NCBI GenBank assembly: GCA_041666265.1
Contig: JBAYHH010000004.1
Coordinates: forward strand, 1-63,805
Source of the DNA: Candidatus Magasanikiibacteriota bacterium
Lineage (GTDB): Bacteria > Patescibacteriota > Patescibacteriia > Magasanikbacterales > GWA2-37-8
Reading direction: 5' to 3'
DNA length: 63,805 bases
Under the pieces are notes generated by a model. It worked only from the letters and a program-made list of their open reading frames with translations, ran no database searches and had not been told where the DNA came from. A program made the translations under genes and the position numbers. Shown in pieces: positions 27,142 through 36,210 of the stretch; within the stretch, counting starts at the first letter, position 1; the number at the start of each line of letters is the position of its first letter.

Positions 27142-27732
27142 TTATTTATTTAAGTATTTAATAGTATCCCATTGCTTGTCGTGCGGTAAACCGAATTCGC
27201 GGCGGACTTTCTGGATGCGAGCGAAATAGGTTTTGCAGATTGCTGGCGGTTTGGCAGCTACATACGCATCATGCATACCGTCGTATAATGAGCAATCAAA
27301 TACATCAGCGTCTTTAATTAGCTCTGTATAGGGATTTTTGGAATCAAGGTGTTTATTGCTGTGTTCCTTGATCGCATTGGTGATTACTTTGATTTCATTG
27401 TCAGTAAATTTTTTAGTTTTTCTTAGTATTTTTTCTGATAGAGTAGTACTGGCATTGGCATGATCTTTTTCGTCGCCGTTACTATTAACGTGAATATCGT
27501 GTAAAGCGCATATTACCGCCGCCAGATCTTCTTTGAGTTTTCTTTTTTGCGCCAACATGCGACCAATCTGGATAACCGATGAACTGTGTTTTAATTCAAA
27601 TACCTTGCCCCAAGCGCGTTTGTTTTCCGGCATTTTGCTCTTTAGAATAGTTTGAACTAATGTACGCTCTATTAATTCAATTCGGGTGACTTTGTCTCCT
27701 CTTAGATGGGTGTAAGTGTGGGTGTTAGCCAT
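27142..27732 (-). CDS. HD-domain phosphohydrolase-like protein
   Basis: 196 aa with an HD pair (ICALHDIHV) and a downstream DADVFD. Confidence 0.55.
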   Translation of the reverse strand: MANTHTYTHLRGDKVTRIELIERTLVQTILKSKMPENKRAWGKVFELKHSSSVIQIGRMLAQKRKLKEDLAAVICALHDIHVNSNGDEKDHANASTTLSEKILRKTKKFTDNEIKVITNAIKEHSNKHLDSKNPYTELIKDADVFDCSLYDGMHDAYVAAKPPAICKTYFARIQKVRREFGLPHDKQWDTIKYLNK

Positions 27733-27910
27733 ATGATATTAATTAAGTAATAATATTATACAGGTAAATAGGGTATTTGTGTATGTTTGTCAATGCGTCA
27801 ACATTATATTATACATAAAATAAACACATTTGTCAAGTATCCTATGCTAAAACTTGACAAAAATAGTAAAGTTGTGTATAATAAATATACAATAATTAAC
27901 CAATTACGCT

Positions 27911-28690
27911 ATGTTAAGCCAAATTGAAATTAAAGAAACGCTTTACAGTTCGCTGGCCGAATTGGGGCTACACGAACACGAGATTGAGCTATATACCACA
28001 GCGCTCGCGATTGGGCCATCTTCTATCGCCGTATTAGCCAAAACGCTCAATATCAATCGGCCCAATGTGTACAAGGTGATTGCGGAGCTGGAAAAGCACG
28101 GTTTGGCCAAGTATTCGGAGAGGAAGAAATACAACCGGACATTTATGGTGGAATCGCCGTTGGTAGTGCGAGAATTGTTGCGCAAAAAAAGAGACCTGCT
28201 GGCCACGCAGGACACCAAACTATTTTCTGCTTTGCCGGATTTGTTGGCGCTGTATCGGCAAGGGGAGTTACCGACCTCGGTGAAAGTGTTTGAAGGCAAA
28301 GATCAATTTTTGAAAATATTTTTTCAGGTATTGGATGAAAGCAAAGACGAGATTTTATATGGCGGTTCGGCTGATGATTTGATTAGCGGATTTATCGGCT
28401 GGGCGGAAGAAGAAAAATGGATCGCCAAACGGTTGAAGAAAAAAAAATTTATCAAAGCCTTGATTTTTGGCGGGGCAGACGCGGAAAAATTAATTAGCGA
28501 TGACCCCAAGCAACTGCGCGAAACTCGGCTGATAAAAAATATGATTCACTTTCCCACTTCTTTTCACCTCTATGCCAACAAAATGATCATTTGGCAACCC
28601 AAGGCGCCAATGGCGTTATTAATAGAGGACGAGTATATTGTGGGAATGTTTAAATCGATATTTAATGTGATGTGGGAACAAAGTAAATAG
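27911..28690 (+). CDS. TrmB-family transcriptional regulator
   Basis: N-terminal winged HTH: LGLHEHEIELYTTALAIGPSSIAVLAKTLNINRPNVYKVIAELEKHGLA. Confidence 0.7.
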   Translation: MLSQIEIKETLYSSLAELGLHEHEIELYTTALAIGPSSIAVLAKTLNINRPNVYKVIAELEKHGLAKYSERKKYNRTFMVESPLVVRELLRKKRDLLATQDTKLFSALPDLLALYRQGELPTSVKVFEGKDQFLKIFFQVLDESKDEILYGGSADDLISGFIGWAEEEKWIAKRLKKKKFIKALIFGGADAEKLISDDPKQLRETRLIKNMIHFPTSFHLYANKMIIWQPKAPMALLIEDEYIVGMFKSIFNVMWEQSK

Positions 28691-28726
28691 TAATTTAGTT
28701 ATAGTATTATTAAAATTAATATTAGT

Positions 28727-29122
28727 ATGGAGGAAATTTTAAGTAGATTTGTCGCGTGGATAAGGATTAAAGCCAAAATTCATTTATCAGAAAAATCAGT
28801 TTATTTTAGAGAGGGTGAGATTTGGTGGGTAAATCTGGGCGCCAATGTCGGGCACGAAGAGGAGGGCAAAAACGATAATTTTGAACGGCCAATATTAGCG
28901 CTAAAAAAGTTTAATGAACATTTATTATGGGCGATTCCACTGACTACCAAAACCAAAGAAGATAACCCATATTACTATCAATATGCATTAGGAGGAAAAG
29001 AATATGCCGCTATTTTACCCCAGCTAAGAATCTTGAGCAGCAAAAGGTTGATTAGAAGAATTGGGATGTTTCCTGTAGCTGATTACGAGAAAATCCGTGA
29101 AGCCATAAAAAAATTAATATAA
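28727..29122 (+). CDS. PemK/MazF-like toxin-fold protein
   Basis: GEIWWVNLGANVGHEEEGKNDNFERPILALK...AIPLTTK resembles MazF/PemK-type proteins. No small antitoxin ORF is adjacent. Confidence 0.5.
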   Translation: MEEILSRFVAWIRIKAKIHLSEKSVYFREGEIWWVNLGANVGHEEEGKNDNFERPILALKKFNEHLLWAIPLTTKTKEDNPYYYQYALGGKEYAAILPQLRILSSKRLIRRIGMFPVADYEKIREAIKKLI

Positions 29123-29377
29123 AAAAACGAAACCTACCTTTTGAGGGGTAGGAATCTCGGAGCTACCTCCGAAGAGGCAACCATTTGTAAATACACTATA
29201 CCAAATTAACGAAGCTTTGTCAAGTTGTTGTAACATCCTGTAATACATCGGTGAAATTAAACGCAATAAATTTGTTCGAGCTCTGCGTCGGCTCGGATTT
29301 ATAATGTATTGGTATCAATGCACGGGCTTTTTTATTCCTCCTCATCGTGCTATACTATACCCTACCTAACGAAATTT

Positions 29378-31201
29378 ATGCTTAAAAAAATCCTCACTAT
29401 ATTTTCCGCATTTTTGCTATTTTTGGCCGGCACCGCGCAGGCGGCCACACTGCCGATCAAGGACAGTTCTTATGCCGGCAAATTTGTGTCGCAGTCGGTC
29501 AAAGATCCGATCACCATCGAAGCGGGCGACAACAAAACCGTGACCGTGAAAATCAAAAATACCGGCCGGTCCACTTGGCTCGCGAGTGGTGCGAATTTTG
29601 TTTCCGTTTATACGGTCGAGCCGAGTTATCGCCGGAGTTTGTTCGCGAGTAGTTATTGGCCGACCAAAAGTCAGGCGGTAAAATTGTCAAAGAATGTGAA
29701 GCCCGGTGAAACCGCGGAATTTAAAATCACTTTGGGCGCGCCCGTGAAGATCGGTACCTACACCGAGAAATTTAATTTGGCGGTTGAAAATAAATCATGG
29801 ATCGCCGGCGCTGGTTTTTATTTCAAAATCAAAGTGGTCAAGGCGACCACCAAAGTGCAAGTAGAAACTGATTCGGCTACGGGAGTGCAAGATTTGTCTG
29901 TCAAAGCCAATGCGGATTACGCGGTCTCTAAGCTCGCGGCCACTCTCAATGAGGTGGTGACCACCGGTGGCGCGCCAGTGGATTTTTTGATTCGCTACAA
30001 TAATAGCGGTAAACTCGATTGGAAAGCGTATTCTTGGCAAGAGGCCGGCAGTCGGCGACTCGATGATGGGGGTGGCGCGGTCAATATTGCCGATGCGTCA
30101 TGGTTAAGCAATCGTAAAATATTAGAAGTGGCGGGATCGATCAAAAGTAATGAATCATTTTCGACCAATTTTCGTTTTCGCGCTCCGGCCAAAGCCGGGC
30201 AATACATGTTGCGGTTTCAGCTCTTGGCTGATGGCCATACACTTAACGGCGGGATTTACGAATTGCCGGTGACGGTGACTGCCGATGCGCCAGGTGATTA
30301 TTCACCGATGGTCTTTGCGAGTACGCGCGCTCTCGTCAGCGAGCCGATGATTCGCGTGGGGCTATACAAAGCCACCGAGCCGGTGAAATTTCTTTCCGGA
30401 AATAGTTATAATTTGTATTTCGGTACTTCGACCGAGGTCAGCATGACTGCGGTGTCCGAGGCCGAATTAAATTACCAAAAAGGAGTTTATTCGATAGTGG
30501 CTAATGGCACTACCACCACCTCGACGGATTTCATTCGCTTGGTTCCCATCGCGCTCGACAATTATTTTATCTTATCCAATTACGATCGGCGGGTGTCGTG
30601 GAAAGGCGCTTTGAATTTTAATGCTTATCGTGGAATTTTGGAATTTAAATATTCGCCCAAGAGCGATGCGGTGTGGGTAATCAACGAATTACCGCTTGAT
30701 TCATATATCGCCGGCATCGGTGAGACCAGCAATGGCGCGGCGATGGAATATATCAAAGCGATCTTGGTGTCGGCGCGCAGTTACGCGTATTTTCATCTGA
30801 ATAATGGCGTGCCGATCAATGAGCGCACTTATGATGTGGTGGCTACTACCGCGGATCAATTGTATCTGGGATATAATTCCGAAGTGCTAATGCCCCGCGT
30901 GGTGCAAGCGGCCAATAATACTTATGGCGAGATGGTGACATACGATGGCGCGCCAGTGGTAGCGCCGTATTTCGGGCACTCCAACGGCCGGACAAAAACC
31001 TGGAAAGAAGTGTGGGGCGGGGCGGACAAACCATGGCTCCGATCAGTTGAATGCGTGTATGACCAGGGGCTCACCCTCTGGGGGCATGGAGTCGGCATGA
31101 GCGCGGCTGACGCGGCCAAGCGCGCGGACAAAGACGGCTGGACATATGATCAGATTTTGAGGTATTACTATACCGGGGTGGAGGTGGAAAAAGTGTATTA
31201 A
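29378..31201 (+). CDS. Secreted SpoIID/LytB-domain protein with N-terminal Ig-like repeats
   Basis: Start moved to MLKKILTIFSAFLLFLAGTAQA (signal peptide). The C-terminal SpoIID-like block is DQLYLGYNSE...APYFGHSNGRTKTW. Confidence 0.75.
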   Translation: MLKKILTIFSAFLLFLAGTAQAATLPIKDSSYAGKFVSQSVKDPITIEAGDNKTVTVKIKNTGRSTWLASGANFVSVYTVEPSYRRSLFASSYWPTKSQAVKLSKNVKPGETAEFKITLGAPVKIGTYTEKFNLAVENKSWIAGAGFYFKIKVVKATTKVQVETDSATGVQDLSVKANADYAVSKLAATLNEVVTTGGAPVDFLIRYNNSGKLDWKAYSWQEAGSRRLDDGGGAVNIADASWLSNRKILEVAGSIKSNESFSTNFRFRAPAKAGQYMLRFQLLADGHTLNGGIYELPVTVTADAPGDYSPMVFASTRALVSEPMIRVGLYKATEPVKFLSGNSYNLYFGTSTEVSMTAVSEAELNYQKGVYSIVANGTTTTSTDFIRLVPIALDNYFILSNYDRRVSWKGALNFNAYRGILEFKYSPKSDAVWVINELPLDSYIAGIGETSNGAAMEYIKAILVSARSYAYFHLNNGVPINERTYDVVATTADQLYLGYNSEVLMPRVVQAANNTYGEMVTYDGAPVVAPYFGHSNGRTKTWKEVWGGADKPWLRSVECVYDQGLTLWGHGVGMSAADAAKRADKDGWTYDQILRYYYTGVEVEKVY

Positions 31202-31202
31202 A

Positions 31203-31316
31203 AAAATCCCAAATTTAAAATTACAAGCTCCAAATAAATAATAAATTCCAATATCTAATTTTTTAATTTGATATTTGTGATTTATTTGTAATTTGTAATT
31301 TTGAATTTGGGATTTT
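31203..31316. terminator. Long AT-rich inverted repeat between convergent genes
   Basis: The 24-nt arms aaaatcccaaatttaaaattacaa (31203-31226) and ttgtaattttgaatttgggatttt (31293-31316) have 1 mismatch. Confidence 0.5.
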
Positions 31317-31853
31317 CTATTTGCTATGAAATTTTTTATCCTCCGCGGCGAGGTCGAGGATGCGCTCGCGTAAATAATTCGGATTGGTCACATTGTAGAG
31401 CACGAAGCGCGGGACCGGACCGGCGGTTTGGAGGTAAATGTTGCCATAGTTAAACAGTGATGCCCAAAATCCTTTGACCTCGGAAGTGGCGTCTTGAATT
31501 TGAAACAGATCCACCTCGGCCACGGTGCGCGAGAATAAACTCATCTGGCGAATGTCCACCAAGCGATCGTTGGTGACGATCCACACATCCAAATAAAAAG
31601 TGACGAAATATGAATAAAAAAATAGAAAAATAGAGAGGAAATAAATACTACCGAACAATACCAATAAGGGTTGGAACAGTGGATTTTCCCACCACGGCAG
31701 AAAGAAATTTTTTAATAAAAATCCGACCGCCAGCGGGGCAACCAATAATATTAGAAATAAGGCGATCACCGGAATAAAAGTGACTAAATGGCGATGCAGA
31801 AAAAACGCGATGCGCTCGTAGGTTTTTTGTTTGATTAGTTCCCCGATAGTCAT
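31317..31853 (-). CDS. Membrane protein with bacterial PH (YdbT-like) domain
   Basis: Start at MTIGELIKQK, two TM helices, then a PH-like tail. Confidence 0.55.
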   Translation of the reverse strand: MTIGELIKQKTYERIAFFLHRHLVTFIPVIALFLILLVAPLAVGFLLKNFFLPWWENPLFQPLLVLFGSIYFLSIFLFFYSYFVTFYLDVWIVTNDRLVDIRQMSLFSRTVAEVDLFQIQDATSEVKGFWASLFNYGNIYLQTAGPVPRFVLYNVTNPNYLRERILDLAAEDKKFHSK

Positions 31854-31863
31854 AAAAGAATAT

Positions 31864-32130
31864 TTAATAACTGTTGGAAAAAGAGTTTGCGATATTGATC
31901 TCAATCGGTTGGCGCCAATCGGTGTCGGCGACGAGATTGTAGGTAAATAAAAGTGAAAAAGCGGTCATCCCAAAAACCAAAATAGTCACGGCGAGGCTCA
32001 CTATCGTGGTCCCGCCGGTGTGCATGAGGTGAATCAAATTAAAAACAAAAAATACGATAAACAAAACTAAAAAAGCGAGGTAAATAAATAAAAAAATGTA
32101 TAATGGGATGGCGATGGACATAAAATCCAA
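31864..32130 (-). CDS. Small membrane protein
   Basis: 88 aa with 2-3 TM, upstream of the PH-domain gene. Confidence 0.45.
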   Translation of the reverse strand: MDFMSIAIPLYIFLFIYLAFLVLFIVFFVFNLIHLMHTGGTTIVSLAVTILVFGMTAFSLLFTYNLVADTDWRQPIEINIANSFSNSY

Positions 32131-32183
32131 AATAAAAAATCAAATATTAAATAACTGACTGCGAATCAGCGTTCGCAAAAATA

Positions 32184-33218
32184 TTACAACAGTGTGTTAT
32201 TTTTGGGTAAATCAAAACCCAAGTGCGAATAGGCGAGCGCGGTGGCGCGTCGGCCGCGGGGAGTGCGTTCGAGAAATCCGATTTGTAGCAAGAATGGTTC
32301 GTAAACGGTTTCGATTGTGTCCATTTCTTCGGCAATCGCGGCCGACAGAGTATTTAGTCCAACCGGTCCGCCCGAAAATTTTTCGATCATCGAAGACAGC
32401 AAACGGCGATCAATATCGTCGAGTCCGTATTCATCGATAGCAAGGAGAGCGAGCGCTTCACCCGCAATTTTTTTATTGACCGTGCCGTCGCCTTTAACTT
32501 GGGCGAAGTCGCGCAGGCGCTTGAGCAAACGATTGGCGATGCGCGGAGTGCGCCGGGAGCGACTCGATACGAGCTCGGCCGCCTCGGGCTCGATGTCCAC
32601 TTTGAGTATTTGAGCGTTGCGGTTTAATATTTTTTCAATATCGCTATTTTCGTAAAAATTGAGGTGATACGAATGTCCGAAACGATCGCGCAATGGCCCG
32701 GAGATCATGCTCATCTTGGTGGTAGCGCCGATCAGAGTAAAGCGCGCGAGCGGCATGCGCAGGGTGCGCGCCGACGGTCCTTTGCCGATGATAATATCCA
32801 AAACATAATCCTCGAGCGCGGGGTAGAGCACCTCTTCGATAGTTTTATTGAGGCGGTGGATCTCGTCGATGAAAAAAATGTCGCCTTCTTGCAGATTGGA
32901 GAGAATGGCGGCCAGGTCGCCCACTTTTTCGAGTGCCGGTCCGGAGGTGATTTTGATGTCATGTCCCATTTCGCGGGCGATAATATGCGCGAGCGTGGTT
33001 TTGCCGAGCCCCGGGTTGCCGTAGAGTAGTACATGCTCGAGCGCGTCCGCGCGTTTTTTGGCGGCCGCGATGGCGATGTCGAGATTTTGTTTGATTTGTT
33101 CTTGGCCGACAAAATCCGTCAGTTTTTGTGGACGCAACGATGCGTCAAAAACCGCTTCTTCAGCTTGCGCTTGCGGTTTGATCAGTCGTTCATTTTCTTC
33201 GATTTCAATATTGACCAT
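32184..33218 (-). CDS. ruvB: Holliday junction branch-migration helicase RuvB
   Basis: [16 protein letters not shown], Walker [18 protein letters not shown], and a winged-helix C-terminus. Start at MVNIEIE (33218). Confidence 0.92.
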   Translation of the reverse strand: MVNIEIEENERLIKPQAQAEEAVFDASLRPQKLTDFVGQEQIKQNLDIAIAAAKKRADALEHVLLYGNPGLGKTTLAHIIAREMGHDIKITSGPALEKVGDLAAILSNLQEGDIFFIDEIHRLNKTIEEVLYPALEDYVLDIIIGKGPSARTLRMPLARFTLIGATTKMSMISGPLRDRFGHSYHLNFYENSDIEKILNRNAQILKVDIEPEAAELVSSRSRRTPRIANRLLKRLRDFAQVKGDGTVNKKIAGEALALLAIDEYGLDDIDRRLLSSMIEKFSGGPVGLNTLSAAIAEEMDTIETVYEPFLLQIGFLERTPRGRRATALAYSHLGFDLPKNNTLL

Positions 33219-33319
33219 AGGGTGATAATATTGTATTATACATTCGAACAAAAAGCAACTTTTTATGGATAAAACGCAATCGTTGGAAAAAATAATACAA
33301 GAGAAAGAAAAATAGTGCT

Positions 33320-33949
33320 ATGTTGATATTCATTGATGAATCTGGAGATACGGGATTGGATTTTGCCAATGGCGCCACAAATTATTTTATTATCGTGTTG
33401 GTAGCGTTTGAAGACAGTGGCGAAGCGATGTCATGCGATCAGCGCATTGATTTACTTCGACATGAATTACGATTGTCAAAAAATTTTGAGTTTCATTTTC
33501 ATCAAAATTCCGATCGCGTTCGAGAAGCGTTTTTGAGAGCCGTTCTGCCGTATGAATTTTTTTATTATGGCATCGCGATCAATAAAGCGAAACTTTTTGG
33601 AGAGGGTTTTAAAAATAAAGAATCTTTTTACAAATACAGTTGTGGTCTTTTATTTGAGAATGCTAAAGAAAAATTGCGTGACGCGACGGCGATAGTGGAT
33701 GAATCCGGGCGCGCATTGTTTAAATATCAGCTGGCGGCGTATTTACGAAAAAAATTAAATCAAGATAGTGGTCGCAAGTGCCTTAAAAAAGTAAAAATGC
33801 AGGATTCTAAACGCAACAATCTGCTTCAATTGGCAGATATGGTGGTTGGCGCGGTTAATCGAAGTATGAATACAAACAAGAATGATCACAAGCGATATCG
33901 CGAAATGGTAAAATCGCGTGAAATCTATGTTCAAATTTGGCCAAAATGA
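33320..33949 (+). CDS. DUF3800-family protein
   Basis: MLIFIDESGDTGL... and a C-terminal LLQLADMVVGAV. Confidence 0.7.
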   Translation: MLIFIDESGDTGLDFANGATNYFIIVLVAFEDSGEAMSCDQRIDLLRHELRLSKNFEFHFHQNSDRVREAFLRAVLPYEFFYYGIAINKAKLFGEGFKNKESFYKYSCGLLFENAKEKLRDATAIVDESGRALFKYQLAAYLRKKLNQDSGRKCLKKVKMQDSKRNNLLQLADMVVGAVNRSMNTNKNDHKRYREMVKSREIYVQIWPK

Positions 33950-34116
33950 GTAAACAAAAACTCCCGGCTCTATTCTTTTGAGAAAAGCGACGATAAACGC
34001 CACAGTTCGAACCGGAAGCAATTCCATTATTATAATACACGAATAATGGGATAAAGTCAATATATTATACTTTCTTATTTAATATTAGCCAAAATGGCTG
34101 TGGATAACTTATTAAT

Positions 34117-35520
34117 ATGACCGACTATAAAATCGCGGATATCAAATTGGCCGAGTGGGGGAGAAAAGAAATCAACATCGCGGAAAAAGAAATGCCGGGC
34201 CTCATGGCGATCCGCAAAAAATACGCCAAAACCAAGCCGCTCGCCGGAGTAAAAATCACCGGATCTTTGCATATGACGATCCAAACAGCGGTCTTGGCCG
34301 AGACTCTCGTGGCTCTCGGCGCTCGGGTGCGCTGGGCCAGCTGTAATATTTTTTCCACCCAAGATCACGCGGCGGCGGCGATCGCCCAGGGCGGGATTCC
34401 GGTGTTTGCTTGGAAGGGCGAGACCCTCGCGGATTATTGGTGGTGTACGGAGAGGGCGTTGGATTTCGGCGCTGGCGCTGGACCGGATCTGATCGTCGAT
34501 GATGGCGGCGATGCCACGCTTTTGATTCACAAAGGCGTCGAGGCCGAAGTTAATCCGAGTGTTTTGAAAAAAGATTACTCCGGCGAGTCCGAAGATTTTC
34601 GCGAACTCATGGATCTCATCAAAACAGAATACCAAACCAATCCCAAACGGTGGACCGCGGTCGCCAAAAAAGTAAAAGGCGTGTCCGAAGAAACGACCAC
34701 TGGTGTGCACCGCCTGTATCAGTTGGCCAAAGAAAAGAAATTGTTGTTTCCGGCGATCAATGTCAACGACTCGGTCACCAAATCCAAATTTGATAATATT
34801 TACGGCTGTCGCCACTCGGTGGTGGATGGGCTCAATCGCGCCATGGATGTGATGATCGGCGGTAAAGTGGCGGTCGTTTGCGGGTATGGCGAGGTGGGCA
34901 AGGGGTGTGCCCAGGCTTTGCGCGGACAGGGAGCGCGCGTCATCGTCACCGAGATTGATCCGATTTGCGCGCTACAGGCCGCGATGGAGGGCTATGAAGT
35001 CCGGCCGGTCGAGGAAACTCTTGGCGAGGCGGATATTTATGTGACCGCCACCGGTAATATCGGCGTGATCCGACTCGAGCACATGAAAAAGATGAAAGAT
35101 CAGGCGATTGTTTGTAATATCGGACATTTCGATAATGAGATCGAAGTGGAAAAATTGAACACCGCCCAAGGCGTGAAGCGCGTGAACATCAAACCGCAAG
35201 TGGATAAATATATTTTTGAAAACAAACGGTCGATCTATATGCTCGCCGAGGGGCGACTGATGAATCTCGGTTGCGCTACCGGTCACCCATCATTTGTGAT
35301 GAGCAGCAGCTTCAGTAATCAAGTGCTCGCGCAAATCGATTTGTGGCAAAAAAATTACGCGGTGGGCGTGTATCTGCTCTCCAAAGAGCTCGATGAAGAA
35401 GTGGCGCGCTTGCATCTCGATAAAATCGGGGTGAAACTAACCAAGCTAACCAAAGACCAGGCTAAATATCTAAATATTAGCGATGCCGGGCCGTATAAAG
35501 CGGAGAATTATCGATATTAA
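34117..35520 (+). CDS. ahcY: Adenosylhomocysteinase
   Basis: [26 protein letters not shown], the NAD site [10 protein letters not shown] and the C-terminal Y..Y tail. Confidence 0.93.
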   Translation: MTDYKIADIKLAEWGRKEINIAEKEMPGLMAIRKKYAKTKPLAGVKITGSLHMTIQTAVLAETLVALGARVRWASCNIFSTQDHAAAAIAQGGIPVFAWKGETLADYWWCTERALDFGAGAGPDLIVDDGGDATLLIHKGVEAEVNPSVLKKDYSGESEDFRELMDLIKTEYQTNPKRWTAVAKKVKGVSEETTTGVHRLYQLAKEKKLLFPAINVNDSVTKSKFDNIYGCRHSVVDGLNRAMDVMIGGKVAVVCGYGEVGKGCAQALRGQGARVIVTEIDPICALQAAMEGYEVRPVEETLGEADIYVTATGNIGVIRLEHMKKMKDQAIVCNIGHFDNEIEVEKLNTAQGVKRVNIKPQVDKYIFENKRSIYMLAEGRLMNLGCATGHPSFVMSSSFSNQVLAQIDLWQKNYAVGVYLLSKELDEEVARLHLDKIGVKLTKLTKDQAKYLNISDAGPYKAENYRY

Positions 35521-35570
35521 TTATAGGTGAAAGGTGTTAGGTATTAGGTAAAAGGGACGAACGATTATTT

Positions 35571-36119
35571 ATGAAGAAAGTAATAGCGGGAAAACTAAAA
35601 ACCGTGTATCGGGGCGTGATTTTTGATATCAAACAACAATTGGTGACATTTCCCAACGGCGATGTTAAAAATTATGAATATGCTTATCGCGATGATTCGG
35701 TTTTGATTTTGCCGTTCAATGAAAAAGGAGAGCTGATGATGATCCGCGAATATCGCAAAGGGAATAATAAGGTGACCTGGTTTTTGCCGGCCGGTCGGAT
35801 GGACAAAAAAGGCGAAGAGCCCAAAAGTGCCGCCCAGCGCGAGTTGCGCGAAGAGCTCGGATTTCGCGCTAAAAATATTAAGCTATTTGCTAAAAGATTT
35901 CCCAGCGGTCATTCGGTATATAATGTCTATATTTATGTTGCCAAGGATTTGGTGATCGATCCATTGATAGGCGATGAAAGTATGCCGATTAGAGTAATTC
36001 CGGTGGCTTTCAAGAAAGCAGTCACTATGGCGCTCAACGGCACTATCGAAAACGAATTTATCGCGTTTAATATTATTCGTTTTGATTATTTGCGCCGGAT
36101 CGGGAAGTTTAAATGGTAA
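35571..36119 (+). CDS. NUDIX hydrolase
   Basis: Nudix box: GRMDKKGEEPKSAAQRELREELGF. Confidence 0.8.
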   Translation: MKKVIAGKLKTVYRGVIFDIKQQLVTFPNGDVKNYEYAYRDDSVLILPFNEKGELMMIREYRKGNNKVTWFLPAGRMDKKGEEPKSAAQRELREELGFRAKNIKLFAKRFPSGHSVYNVYIYVAKDLVIDPLIGDESMPIRVIPVAFKKAVTMALNGTIENEFIAFNIIRFDYLRRIGKFKW

Positions 36120-36120
36120 T

Positions 36121-36205
36121 CAATATCGACGGCTCATTCGTCGGATATTTGCTCGCTCCTTGTGCTTCGCAGTGTCGCTACGCAAAAATCCGACTCATGA
36201 GCCTT
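36121..36205. repeat. Nested palindromic repeat (family B)
   Basis: Outer arms ggctcattcgtcggatattt/aaaaatccgactcatgagcc. The inner core is the reverse complement of agcgacactgcgaagcacaaggagcg, shared with 39896-39924. Confidence 0.6.
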
Positions 36206-36210
36206 GAAAT

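Noticed and set aside
29123-29377. Possible riboswitch (c-di-AMP/ydaO-like) in the leader of the SpoIID-domain gene
   Set aside because: Two small hairpins (cctacc/ggtagg and cggagc/cctccg) are present, but I could not match the conserved ydaO core. They are equally consistent with a terminator for the upstream gene.
33950-34116. SAH riboswitch upstream of ahcY, or a DUF3800-associated RNA motif downstream of the DUF3800 gene
   Set aside because: I could not recognise the conserved SAH-riboswitch pseudoknot sequences or any convincing stem set. Only a DnaA-like box and AT-rich sequence are evident. An Infernal scan would be needed to revisit this.
34075-34815. 246-aa minus-strand ORF overlapping the start of ahcY
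   Set aside because: It is antisense to an unmistakable adenosylhomocysteinase. The product is Arg/Gly/Phe-rich low complexity, typical of an antisense frame in GC-richer genes. The same reasoning applies to 42519..43157, 45067..45633, 48359..48862, 55785..56216, 56331..57074, 57309..57818, 58928..59548 and 22552..23031.
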